DNA of 62,178 bases from a virus (taxonomy: Duplodnaviria; Caudoviricetes): IMG/VR virus record IMGVR_UViG_3300032431_000082, positions 1 through 62,178 of that record. One strand, given 5' to 3'. Shown here in pieces: positions 1-9,785 of the stretch; positions within the stretch are counted from its first letter, which is position 1, and the number at the start of each line of letters is the position of its first letter. The notes under the pieces were generated by a model that worked only from the letters and a program-made list of their open reading frames with translations, did no database searches and was not told the DNA's origin. The position numbers and the translations under genes are program-made.

Positions 1-1
1 A

Positions 2-448
2 ATATACTTAGCGGTTAGGGCAGTGCCTGGTATATCCCGGGTAGTACTAACAGAGCATGACCCTATCACGGGGTATTTCACTGTGTACGTAGATAGTAAT
101 GACACCACTCTACTGACAAGGGTGAGGGTGGTAGTGGATGAAGTAAAGGCAGCGGGTATATCATTCTTAGTGAGGCCTATGTTACCTAAACCGGTAAATA
201 TAGAAGTAGTAGTATCTGGTACTTTAGATATAGATAGTGATGTATTGAGGGGTGCCATCATATTATTAATAGAGAGCACCCCACCATCTGCTCCTTTGTA
301 CTTAGATATGATAAGGGGTGCAGCGTTAAAGGTGGCAGGTGTGCAGAGGGTTGTATCCATCACCCCTGATACGGATATACTGCCATCGGGGCAAGGGCAG
401 GTATTAGTGCCTGGTACTATCCTCATTACTACTATGAGTGGAGGATAG
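2..448 (+). CDS. Baseplate J-like protein, C-terminal part (5' truncated by window edge)
   Basis: Frame is open from position 2. The motifs AVPGISRV, V..VKAAGI..V, LY...I....L.VAGVQ.V and PGTI are typical of baseplate J/gp47 C-termini. It lies upstream of other baseplate genes. Confidence 0.75.
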   Translation: MYLAVRAVPGISRVVLTEHDPITGYFTVYVDSNDTTLLTRVRVVVDEVKAAGISFLVRPMLPKPVNIEVVVSGTLDIDSDVLRGAIILLIESTPPSAPLYLDMIRGAALKVAGVQRVVSITPDTDILPSGQGQVLVPGTILITTMSGG

Positions 449-452
449 GGTT

Positions 453-3400
453 ATGTATACGACACAAGATCTATGCCACGAGGCATTAATAGGATTACTT
501 ACGAGACCAGGGGGTGAGGCACTCACACTATCAATGGATGGTGAAGACCCACTGCGCCCATTAATACACATAGAGTTAACGAATACAGCGGGCCCATTAG
601 AGGGGCGCGTGGTAGGCCTTAAAGGTACGTTAACAACATCCCCGTATGAGCTAGCGTGTACTGATGATTGCTGGGACGGTGCTGGTATATGGACTACTGT
701 GCCCCCTATAGTTATTGATTACCCTGATTACCCATACGATGTAGATTGTGTGGATGAGGAGTGCATGCTCCCTTACAGACCTACTTGTTTAGTAGAGTAC
801 CTATCATTGGAGAATGTATGTGCGGTAGATGAGGCGGTAGATTGTAGTGCATGGGGGCGTGAGTACGTAACCAATTATAGGGTGGAGGTATTAACTGATT
901 GCGGTGCCCCCCCTGTACCTGTAGTAATGACTGATTGCGAGTTAGGTGAGTGTGTAGAACAGTGGGTTGGTACTGATTGGTGTAAGGTATATGACATAAA
1001 GGACACACCTCTCATACCTGTGGATGCAGACTGCTACGACCTAGAGTGTATAGCTACATGCCCCTCACGTGCAGGGAAGGTAGCCATATGTTGGGGCGGG
1101 CCCTTTGAGGATGGTGTAGTAGATGAAGAGTGTTATGTGAAGGGATACTATGTATCAGTGTATGACCCATCAGAGTGTGTAGATGAGTGTGTAGTGTCCC
1201 CATGGGTACCACTACAGTGGAGGGATTGTGAGGGTAATGTTTACCCTATGCAAGGTGGGCCTATTGATACGGTGTGGGTACCGGGTATACATGTAGTAGG
1301 AGATCTGACTTATAAGGTAGAAGTAGGGTGCACTGATAATTGTGTAGACGGTGATAGCAGTGAGTTAATAGTATCTGTACTGAGTACCCCATACGATAGT
1401 CTGTGCGTTGATAGTGACTGTATTAATGAGTATGTCCCAGTTGCCACAGGTAATTGGGTGGATGGTACTTGGGTAGTACAACCTATACATGAAGAACGTA
1501 TACCATATCAACACACGGTATATACCCCAATGGAGTGTGTGGATAGTGAGTGTGTAACTGATGACTGTTATGTAGATGGTATCTATACCTTAGTAGATAT
1601 GACATTAGGGGCGTGTAGTGTGGATATCTTACAGTACTTAATAGATAGTGCACCCACACCTTACTGTAGGGAGATAGATACTTACAGTATATGGGGTGGG
1701 TTTACTTGGCCCTTGTGCGAGGATGATAATAGGTCAGAGGAGATAATAGTATCCCGTACATGTATTGAGTGTGAGGAACAGGTATATGATGGCTTTACGT
1801 ACCGTAGACAGGGAGGGGATATTGAGTACTATGTCCGTGGTATGTCTAATGGGAAGGCAGTGTATGTAGTAGATATAGGGTACTTACACCCGACATGTTA
1901 TGAACCTATGTGGGTAGAGACTTGGGTGCCTATATATGAGGATGGTAGGTTCAGGGGTAAACATACATTACCAGTGGGTGTGATACCGTTCTTGAGGGTC
2001 AGAGAAGTCACTTATAGTAGAGATAAGGTAATACTGCATCACATAGAGTATGGGCGACCTACACTGGGTAGGGTGAGGACTAGTAGTCTCCTATACCATA
2101 ACTCAACTGATAGTGCTGTAGATATTGAAGAGTTGGCAGTTACATTAGTGGGTATAATGCTCGCCCCTTGTAGGGTGAAAGCCCCTTGCCAGACAGTACA
2201 AGGTAATGGGCCCGACCCATACTTAAACCCTTTAGTACTAGACAACTTAATACTATTGGCAGGGTTATTAGATAATGGTACTGTTATCCTTCCATCTGCT
2301 ATGAGCACTACTGATGCTTGTGGGATTAGTACTACCACCACCGCTACATCAGATACGACTGTAGTAACTAATCGCGTTGGTAGTATACCTAAGACGCTCA
2401 CGACTTATGCTACCTATGACTTGATATACAATGATGCCCTGTACACCAGACAACCTGCATACCCATTAGAGGATGGGATATTGGTAAATACCTGTATGGG
2501 TAAGTATTGGGATGATAACTACCCTGTAGATGACCACACCTTAGAAGAGTACGATTGCACGGCAGAGTGTGTAGATAAATGGGATGTTAAAGAGGTACTA
2601 CCTAGTAGGGAGGTATCTAATAGAACTGTCGCATGGGTGCTATTAGCTCTATCCACGTGGAGACATGCTATGGGGCCTATGGCAGTGATAGATGGGGCGA
2701 TAGATAGGGTTAGTAATTATCTGCTACAGGAGGTACATGGTAATGGGTTAGTTGGTAAGGGATGGACACATTCCGATACGTATAGAGATTCTGTACCAAT
2801 ACCCACTATAGAGACATCAACGAATGTAGTAGTGTACATAGCCCTAATGAAGGTATATGATCTCTATAGGTCTACTAGGGTACTATCATCTACTGTGAGG
2901 ATGTATGATGGGATGATGGGCTACCTATGGGATAATAGGTGGGGTGCCTTCACGCATGGCATATCAGACACACCCCATATAAGTCTAGATTCTATATTAC
3001 ATGGTATATGGTTTGGGTATGCCATGGGCAGGGCGGAGATAGTAGAGGGAGGGTTGGGGTTATTACAGACACGTACCAGACCCATATCTTTACTACCATC
3101 ACAGCCTATCTGGGATGCACATAGTATTAGGGGGTGTACTTTAATAGGTAGTCCTAGTAGGGCTATAACCTGTGAGACATTACCTGTATATCATGAGGTA
3201 AATACTACATTAGAGATTATCAAGACATTAACTAGGTGTGGTATTAGGTACACTGACCCATACACGAAGTTGGTAATGGTAGGGGACGTAGAACATAAAG
3301 GTTATCTGAGGATGTTATTAGATGGTATGAGTACCTTAGTAGCTAATAATCAATACACAGTACCATACCTCCCCTTATTAGATGATTACCGCACTCTATG

Positions 3401-4415
3401 GTTAAAGCATATGACAGAGGAGAGGTATGGCATACCTTCATACTGCTATGCTGATTGCTTATACCACTGCCCTGATGCAGCACCTACTACATTATGGGCC
3501 CATGACCTATTCCAAGTACATGCCAATCATGAAGTAGATATGTCTATCTTCCATAAAGCATTCTTACGATCTAAACTACCATTCTCTGTGCCCATTGAGT
3601 ACGATTGGCCATCTCTTGAGGCATTGACAGGTAAGGTGGGGATAGTACTAGATAACTGGTCACATGAGTTAGCGATGACTTACGGTGCCTTATTAAGGGG
3701 TAGGAGGGGGGCAGGTTTATCACAGGCAGTAGCCACTCAATTAGATGATTACTGGCCTGTAGTATCAAGGGAGCCTATGGAAGGTGATGACAGTTTAAGG
3801 GGGCGTTTGAGAGATAGATTATCTAGGGGCATTAACTCTACTAAGAGTGGGTTGATGCGATTACTAGGTACGCTACGCTCACCAGCGTTGCTAGGTAAGG
3901 ATACTTCCATACAAGGGCCACGCATATTGGGGTTACAGACATTACCTGCAGATACTAGATTCCCTAGCTACGCTGCCAAGTACCACGGTGGGGATAACAT
4001 ATACCCTTCATTCACATTAGATACCAATATTATGTTGAGTACTAAACAGGTACTAGATGTAAGGGAGGCTAAGGCATTTGGTGTATTAGATAATTACATA
4101 GGGAGGGCATTCTTACAATGTGCACAAGTACCAGCACCTACATTGAATATGAGTGTAACAGTAGGGGGCACGCCCCGCGTACATGCGGTATACCCGTGCT
4201 GTGATACTCTCGGCCCGTGTACTAGAGTGCGTGTAGATCTATACCTAAATGGGTTATATCCATACCCCTTGTATGTGGGGTTAGGCAATGATGGTATATG
4301 GTTCTTATCTAGGACGCATACTGATAGGACTAAGTGGATGTTCAGACCATGGCAGATGTTTATGGAGATAGTCACACCAGTAGGGTACGTATTACAGGAG
4401 ATAGTAGTCAGATGA
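453..4415 (+). CDS. Large baseplate-associated virion protein: Cys/acidic repeats, putative alpha/alpha-barrel domain and C-terminal P2 gpI-like wedge motif
   Basis: GGAGG lies upstream of ATG 453 (ORF track starts at GTG 438). N-half has repeated CVDEEC/CTDDC-type motifs. The middle is helical (SNRTVAWVLLAL...TSTNVVVYIAL...YLWD...F.HG). The C-terminal REPMEGDDSLRGRLR...RG..ST..GL..LL resembles tail protein I, and the gene follows baseplate J. Confidence 0.55.
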   Translation: MYTTQDLCHEALIGLLTRPGGEALTLSMDGEDPLRPLIHIELTNTAGPLEGRVVGLKGTLTTSPYELACTDDCWDGAGIWTTVPPIVIDYPDYPYDVDCVDEECMLPYRPTCLVEYLSLENVCAVDEAVDCSAWGREYVTNYRVEVLTDCGAPPVPVVMTDCELGECVEQWVGTDWCKVYDIKDTPLIPVDADCYDLECIATCPSRAGKVAICWGGPFEDGVVDEECYVKGYYVSVYDPSECVDECVVSPWVPLQWRDCEGNVYPMQGGPIDTVWVPGIHVVGDLTYKVEVGCTDNCVDGDSSELIVSVLSTPYDSLCVDSDCINEYVPVATGNWVDGTWVVQPIHEERIPYQHTVYTPMECVDSECVTDDCYVDGIYTLVDMTLGACSVDILQYLIDSAPTPYCREIDTYSIWGGFTWPLCEDDNRSEEIIVSRTCIECEEQVYDGFTYRRQGGDIEYYVRGMSNGKAVYVVDIGYLHPTCYEPMWVETWVPIYEDGRFRGKHTLPVGVIPFLRVREVTYSRDKVILHHIEYGRPTLGRVRTSSLLYHNSTDSAVDIEELAVTLVGIMLAPCRVKAPCQTVQGNGPDPYLNPLVLDNLILLAGLLDNGTVILPSAMSTTDACGISTTTTATSDTTVVTNRVGSIPKTLTTYATYDLIYNDALYTRQPAYPLEDGILVNTCMGKYWDDNYPVDDHTLEEYDCTAECVDKWDVKEVLPSREVSNRTVAWVLLALSTWRHAMGPMAVIDGAIDRVSNYLLQEVHGNGLVGKGWTHSDTYRDSVPIPTIETSTNVVVYIALMKVYDLYRSTRVLSSTVRMYDGMMGYLWDNRWGAFTHGISDTPHISLDSILHGIWFGYAMGRAEIVEGGLGLLQTRTRPISLLPSQPIWDAHSIRGCTLIGSPSRAITCETLPVYHEVNTTLEIIKTLTRCGIRYTDPYTKLVMVGDVEHKGYLRMLLDGMSTLVANNQYTVPYLPLLDDYRTLWLKHMTEERYGIPSYCYADCLYHCPDAAPTTLWAHDLFQVHANHEVDMSIFHKAFLRSKLPFSVPIEYDWPSLEALTGKVGIVLDNWSHELAMTYGALLRGRRGAGLSQAVATQLDDYWPVVSREPMEGDDSLRGRLRDRLSRGINSTKSGLMRLLGTLRSPALLGKDTSIQGPRILGLQTLPADTRFPSYAAKYHGGDNIYPSFTLDTNIMLSTKQVLDVREAKAFGVLDNYIGRAFLQCAQVPAPTLNMSVTVGGTPRVHAVYPCCDTLGPCTRVRVDLYLNGLYPYPLYVGLGNDGIWFLSRTHTDRTKWMFRPWQMFMEIVTPVGYVLQEIVVR
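3871..3897 (+). mobile_element. Micro-palindromic element family B, in-frame 27-nt insertion
   Basis: CGCTACGCT-CACC-AGCGTTGCTAG is flanked by the direct repeat CTAGGTA (3864-3870 and 3891-3897). Near-identical cores occur at 26953 and 42206. Confidence 0.7.
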
Positions 4416-5524
4416 GTAAGAAGGTATTAATAGTGGGAGCCGGCCCCAGAGGTATAGCTGTAGCCATAGAAGCTAAGAGTAGGGGGTATGAGTGTGTGCT
4501 CATAGATAAGTACCCCATGACCTCATGGAATGATACGGCGCCGGGCATGATGATGAGGAGCCCACTATGCTTTGACTTAGTGTACCCCGGGTCTAGTACA
4601 TGGGATGATTACTCGCTCATGAAGTATGTAAATCCTAGTACTACTGAATCACATTGGGGGGAGTGTCAGCAAAGAGGCATGGAGTACCAAGAAGATAGGT
4701 GCTCACGTGATACATTTATATCCTATGCTACTAAATGCTTACATAAGACGCAGTACCCAGTCATCAAAGATAGAGTATTGATGGTAGGTAAAACGTGGGT
4801 GAGAACTAGTAATGAATATATTATTGGGGATGTAGTAGTAGTAGCTACAGGTTTATCCCCTATAACTAATATCCCGCAGTGGGTGGAACCTGTAAGTCAT
4901 AAGTTAGTAACTACTAGGGAGATCATTGATGGTGTACCTCTGGGAACCTATGCTGTAATAGGGTCGGGGCAGAGTGCTGCGGAGTACTCACTACTACTAT
5001 CTACGCAAGGTCATAAGGTGTATTGGTTAGTTAATGATAGGCCAAGGGTATCACAGTACCCGGCCCCTAGCTATATAGACTGGGGGTTAAAGAGTGCACT
5101 ATCAGGGTATTACCGCACTATCCCCAGTGACATGATGAAGGAAGAGTACATGATGCAGATAGGACAGTGGCAACCATCTATCACACCTATGGTATCTACA
5201 TTAATACATCAACAAGGTAATAGTATATCTATACTTGAAGGGCCTGGCAGTAGGGAGGGGTACCAGACGTGGGAGACCCTACATAGAAAGATTGATGGGG
5301 TATTACTGTGTACTGGCAGTAAACCCTCGGCCATTGATTATGGTGAGGAACCATATAGAGTGGCGGGTAAGTTAGTACTAGATAGTTTCATGGCCAGTAA
5401 TGGTGTGTACCACACAGGGTTAGTGGCGGTAGGGTATGATGGTCCTAGACAAGCATCCCTAATTAGTGCAGGGATAACAGCTAAGGAGATATTAGACCAT
5501 GCCGATCTGGATAGCCAATCATAG
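4412..5524 (+). CDS. FAD/NAD(P)H-dependent flavoprotein monooxygenase (lysine/ornithine N-hydroxylase-like, class B)
   Basis: N-terminal VLIVGAGPRG (FAD), W..PGMMMRSP, VVVATG, second Rossmann motif VIGSGQSAAE, PSITP and VLLCTG. ATG 4412 overlaps the upstream TGA (ATGA). Confidence 0.8.
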   Translation: MSKKVLIVGAGPRGIAVAIEAKSRGYECVLIDKYPMTSWNDTAPGMMMRSPLCFDLVYPGSSTWDDYSLMKYVNPSTTESHWGECQQRGMEYQEDRCSRDTFISYATKCLHKTQYPVIKDRVLMVGKTWVRTSNEYIIGDVVVVATGLSPITNIPQWVEPVSHKLVTTREIIDGVPLGTYAVIGSGQSAAEYSLLLSTQGHKVYWLVNDRPRVSQYPAPSYIDWGLKSALSGYYRTIPSDMMKEEYMMQIGQWQPSITPMVSTLIHQQGNSISILEGPGSREGYQTWETLHRKIDGVLLCTGSKPSAIDYGEEPYRVAGKLVLDSFMASNGVYHTGLVAVGYDGPRQASLISAGITAKEILDHADLDSQS

Positions 5525-6071
5525 TTTCACTAATACTCACACTGTATCCCGCATACTATCCATGATAGTTGCGGGCCCTTACTACTTCTCTTTATCACGT
5601 ACATTACGGTGGGTGGACGTGCCCCCTACACCATTAGCTACGGATACATTAATACCTACAGAGGTATTGGTATATAAGAGAGCGTACGAAGTATTAGCTG
5701 CATTCAGGAACCCTTGTGGCCCTAGAGAATTACCGACCGGCCCCAGAGGTGAAAGTGAGAGATGGTCATTGGTCCCCCCTGAAGTAGTGTTACTGCAGAA
5801 GGATGGCACATATACCCCTAACATTACTCACCTATACATTTCACTATTAGTAGAAGAGACAGACCATGCCGCCCCATACAGTAATGTGGTCGGATTACAT
5901 TCAGGTATACGCCTCACGCTTGATGCTAATGTAGGGGAGGCAGAGCAGATTATTACGTACCCACCCTCTATGATTAGTTCTAGTGGTACGTTGCATTGGT
6001 TAGCGTATACTAGTCCCATTGAGCGTGTCTTACGCTTAAGTCACGAGATATCATTCCTCCTCACCCCATAA
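5499..6071 (+). CDS. Putative baseplate wedge subunit (T4 gp8-like)
   Basis: YF.L.R...W...PP.P...E...YK and HLYIS...VGL...G.L...PIER pattern. Sits immediately upstream of a DUF4815-like gene, a common arrangement in large myoviruses. Confidence 0.55.
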   Translation: MPIWIANHSFTNTHTVSRILSMIVAGPYYFSLSRTLRWVDVPPTPLATDTLIPTEVLVYKRAYEVLAAFRNPCGPRELPTGPRGESERWSLVPPEVVLLQKDGTYTPNITHLYISLLVEETDHAAPYSNVVGLHSGIRLTLDANVGEAEQIITYPPSMISSSGTLHWLAYTSPIERVLRLSHEISFLLTP

Positions 6072-6074
6072 ACT

Positions 6075-9000
6075 ATGCCACCTATTAATTCATATAGAGA
6101 TAACCCCCTATACCCAGATAGATATGTAGATGGTTCTAATTGGGTACGTGTCCTCCCTATACCGGGGAGGGCATTACAGACATCTGAGATAACTGAGGTG
6201 CAGTCGATATTCCAGGGGCAGATGAAGATGGCTCTGAGCGCCATGTATAGAGAAGGTAGTGCTATATCTGGGCTGCGGGTAATAGGCACCGGCCCTACTT
6301 ACACTATAACTAATGGTCACTTCTACGTACAGGGTATGACAGTACCTGTAGAGGGTGTACTAGCATTCACACCTAGCATTACTCAGACTGTATATGTAAT
6401 GGTATCTGAGACCATCCTAACGGAAGTGACGACACCTTCACTGAGAGACCCTATTAGAGGCACGGGCTATGGATTAGAAGGGGCGCATAGATTAGTGTGG
6501 AGTGGAGTTATAACTAATATGCCGGGGCCTTCATCGTATCCTATAGCGAGTATTAGTAGTGATGGGCAAGTAGTGCAGAGACCATTGGGGGGGGGTAATG
6601 ATAGGTGCCTCGATATGTTAGCTGCCTATACTAAGGATCGTATGGGTGACTTCCTATTAGAAGGTATGTTGGTAACCTATGGGGGGGTTAGGCAATCAAC
6701 ATCAACACCCTTATCCACTTATAAGAAAGGTGAGGTAGATAGATTATCTAGTGAATTGTTGGAGTACAATGCACTACTTACTACTTCTGGTACAGAGTTA
6801 TCAAAGGTTAGGCTAGAACTAGAAGTAGCTGTGGGTATTGCTACACAGTCACCATCTGCCCCTAATAGATTTATAGTGGATACTAAGAGGAAGAGGGTTC
6901 AGGAGTTGGAGGCTATAATGGGCTCCCTGTCAGCGGAGACTATAACCATAACTGCACAGTTATCTTCTATGTCATCTACATTACCCTTGAGGGAACTATT
7001 GAATATATCTCCAGGGGTTGTGTACATTAGTGGGTACCGTATAGATAAGGCGACACCTACGACAATAGAAGTGCCTAGGAGTAATGCCATAGAGGAAGTA
7101 GAGGCAGCTAAGTTCACATACATTAGCGCCCCCGCATCTAGTGTACGCACCTTACTCCCTTCAGGTTTATATACAGATGGTGGGAGTACATCATTAGTAT
7201 TTACGGGCATACCTTACTTAGCAGGGTACATTACTATCACAGCCACCTACCAGTGGACTACATCTAATAGACCCCTGTATGACTTAGTAGAGGCATTCCA
7301 GAAGGGTGTATGTACTTATACAAGTAATGTTTCATTAGCTCCCTCAACATTAAAGGAGGCATTACTCAGAGTAGTGAGTATATCTATGACAGGGGTTAGT
7401 ACATTATTAATAGCTAGTCAATATAGGGATAGTCTCATAGGTCTAACTATCACATCTAATAGGTATGAGGTGGATGTAGAGAGTGCTTATCTTACATCAC
7501 CAAGTCCTGCCCTTACCTCCTATGAGTTAGGGCGCAAGCCTGTGGCGGATATAGTGCGTGTAGTGGCAGACCTAGAGGCCACTCTATTGCCTATTACTAG
7601 GGGCACTAATAGAGATGAGTTAGGGGATGATACTATATTCATTATCAAGGAAGTAGTGCAGGGTCTAGTACGGTACGTAGAAGGTAGAGACTACACATTA
7701 TATGGTCAGGGCTGGATTGAATGGAAGCCGGGTGTAGGGCCAGTGTTAGGCTCCACCTATTACGTTACCTATATATATACACAGCCTTTGAATAAGGGTA
7801 TAGATTATCGCCTACTAGGGGATAGGGTAGAGTTAATTAATAGCACAAGGCGCCCTGCTCCAGGATATACATTCACAGTTGATTACACATACTCACTACC
7901 ACAGATGGGGAGAGTATTTATAGATAGGGATGGTGTCATAGGGTATAGTCTATCACCGCCCTCTATTGAGCCAGTGCCACCTCAAGCATCTATAGGTACA
8001 TTAACATTGGCTACCTTCACTTTAATTAGGGGCGGTGTAGTAGTACACAATCAGGCAGTGCGTAGACTATCGGTGGCAGATATAAGTGCCCTCCTCAGAG
8101 AGTACCGTAATAGAGCACTGCTAAGTACATTACCCGTGGCTAATGTAAGCGTAGATAGTAATGTATCTATCACCCCTAGTTATATAACTACTCCGACTAG
8201 GTATATGAATGTACCCATTAAGTACATGGGGGGAGGGCACTTGCATAGGGGTCACCACGTGACATTACCATACAGCGCACAGCCTTACCTAGAACAAGGT
8301 AGGGTCACGTCGATTCACACACTGAAACCATATAGTACGCCGCAGATATACCTACACCCGCAGGTCATATCAGCTACCGCTGTCACTGCTACTGGTATAC
8401 AACCTTGCAGTGACATACCGGGGCAGGCACCTTGGACGAACGCAATGATGCCAGCTACACCCACAGTTACCACATTTGTATTAGTAGTGAGTGTGGGGTT
8501 AGATGATGCACAGACTTACGCTATACTATACGCGGGCAAGAATGTATCATATACGGTCAAGGTAGGGTTTAATACTGCATCAGGCATCAGGCCAGTGAAA
8601 GGGAGGGTAGAGTTATATATATCGTTAGTGGGCGCTATCCCAGGATCTTACAGGGTAGAACTGAAACCCATAGGCATTACATCATTATCTGCAGCTACAT
8701 CATTAACTATACTGCACCCCCTATACAGGCAATTGGGTATTGATAGTAGCTCATTACCTAGTGCACTATATACATCATCAGTAGCGGCCCCATTATCGCA
8801 GACAATTATAGTGCCAGAAGATATACACCTTAGTTCTATAGGTTTATATCTGCGGTATATAGACAGTGGTGCTACTGTGTGGGTGACTGTAGATACTATT
8901 GATACAACGCTTACCTTGAGGAAGGTAATAGCTAAAGGCACATTAGTATCACCAACCACTTCTTCTAAAGGGGAGGAGGTTACGAGGGTACAGTTGGAGT

Positions 9001-9785
9001 ACCCTGTATATTTAGAGAGTGGTAGAAGATACCAGATATCCTTACACGTACATGGTGGGGAAGTAGATATATACACAGCCACCCTAGGGAAGAAAGATGT
9101 ACGGGATGGCAGTTACGTAGGGGGGCAATTACTATACTTGGGAGAGGTGTCAATATCAGGGGATGGTGTGAATATTATCCCTTTACCACAAGAAGATTTG
9201 AGCCATACCTTGTACATAGCTAAGTACCTAATGAACCCATTGGTAATAGCTTTAGGTACATATGGTCTGCCCGACCTCCTGACACCATTGACAGCATTCT
9301 GTGTGAATGGTGTGGATGTACTACCACCTGGTACAAGTATATTGTATGAGTACAAATCAGATAGCACATGGAAGCCATTTAATAGGGGGTCTATTAAGTG
9401 TATTAATCCTACGTCCAGTATTATCTTGAGGGCGACGATGTACACATCTAGGGCGACACTGACACCTTCCCTAACATTAGAGGGCGTTACAGTTAGCCTA
9501 TATAGTAATGCAGAGTCAGGCACTCTTAGGGGGGAGAGTGCTGCTACTCAACACACAGGAGGACGTTTATCATTTAAGAAGAGAGGCTCGCAAGGTACTG
9601 CCACACCCTCTACATCAATTACAGAAGCGGTGTGGGTACCTATGACATTAGTGAGTGCTGTACCAGTGGGTGATGACATTAGGTACACGTATAGTTCAAG
9701 CCATAGTACATCATACTCATCGGAGTGGAGTATAGCCTTGTGGGATAGGCCATCTATACGTGAGGTAATGTATGACATATTATGA
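6075..9785 (+). CDS. DUF4815/VrlC-like baseplate-tail virion protein
   Basis: N-terminal Y.DRY...W.RVLPIPGRALQTSEITEVQSI.Q.Q, LRDP..G..YG.EGAHRL, ISPG..YISGY.I and later PLSQT, all characteristic of DUF4815 proteins. Confidence 0.75.
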   Translation: MPPINSYRDNPLYPDRYVDGSNWVRVLPIPGRALQTSEITEVQSIFQGQMKMALSAMYREGSAISGLRVIGTGPTYTITNGHFYVQGMTVPVEGVLAFTPSITQTVYVMVSETILTEVTTPSLRDPIRGTGYGLEGAHRLVWSGVITNMPGPSSYPIASISSDGQVVQRPLGGGNDRCLDMLAAYTKDRMGDFLLEGMLVTYGGVRQSTSTPLSTYKKGEVDRLSSELLEYNALLTTSGTELSKVRLELEVAVGIATQSPSAPNRFIVDTKRKRVQELEAIMGSLSAETITITAQLSSMSSTLPLRELLNISPGVVYISGYRIDKATPTTIEVPRSNAIEEVEAAKFTYISAPASSVRTLLPSGLYTDGGSTSLVFTGIPYLAGYITITATYQWTTSNRPLYDLVEAFQKGVCTYTSNVSLAPSTLKEALLRVVSISMTGVSTLLIASQYRDSLIGLTITSNRYEVDVESAYLTSPSPALTSYELGRKPVADIVRVVADLEATLLPITRGTNRDELGDDTIFIIKEVVQGLVRYVEGRDYTLYGQGWIEWKPGVGPVLGSTYYVTYIYTQPLNKGIDYRLLGDRVELINSTRRPAPGYTFTVDYTYSLPQMGRVFIDRDGVIGYSLSPPSIEPVPPQASIGTLTLATFTLIRGGVVVHNQAVRRLSVADISALLREYRNRALLSTLPVANVSVDSNVSITPSYITTPTRYMNVPIKYMGGGHLHRGHHVTLPYSAQPYLEQGRVTSIHTLKPYSTPQIYLHPQVISATAVTATGIQPCSDIPGQAPWTNAMMPATPTVTTFVLVVSVGLDDAQTYAILYAGKNVSYTVKVGFNTASGIRPVKGRVELYISLVGAIPGSYRVELKPIGITSLSAATSLTILHPLYRQLGIDSSSLPSALYTSSVAAPLSQTIIVPEDIHLSSIGLYLRYIDSGATVWVTVDTIDTTLTLRKVIAKGTLVSPTTSSKGEEVTRVQLEYPVYLESGRRYQISLHVHGGEVDIYTATLGKKDVRDGSYVGGQLLYLGEVSISGDGVNIIPLPQEDLSHTLYIAKYLMNPLVIALGTYGLPDLLTPLTAFCVNGVDVLPPGTSILYEYKSDSTWKPFNRGSIKCINPTSSIILRATMYTSRATLTPSLTLEGVTVSLYSNAESGTLRGESAATQHTGGRLSFKKRGSQGTATPSTSITEAVWVPMTLVSAVPVGDDIRYTYSSSHSTSYSSEWSIALWDRPSIREVMYDIL

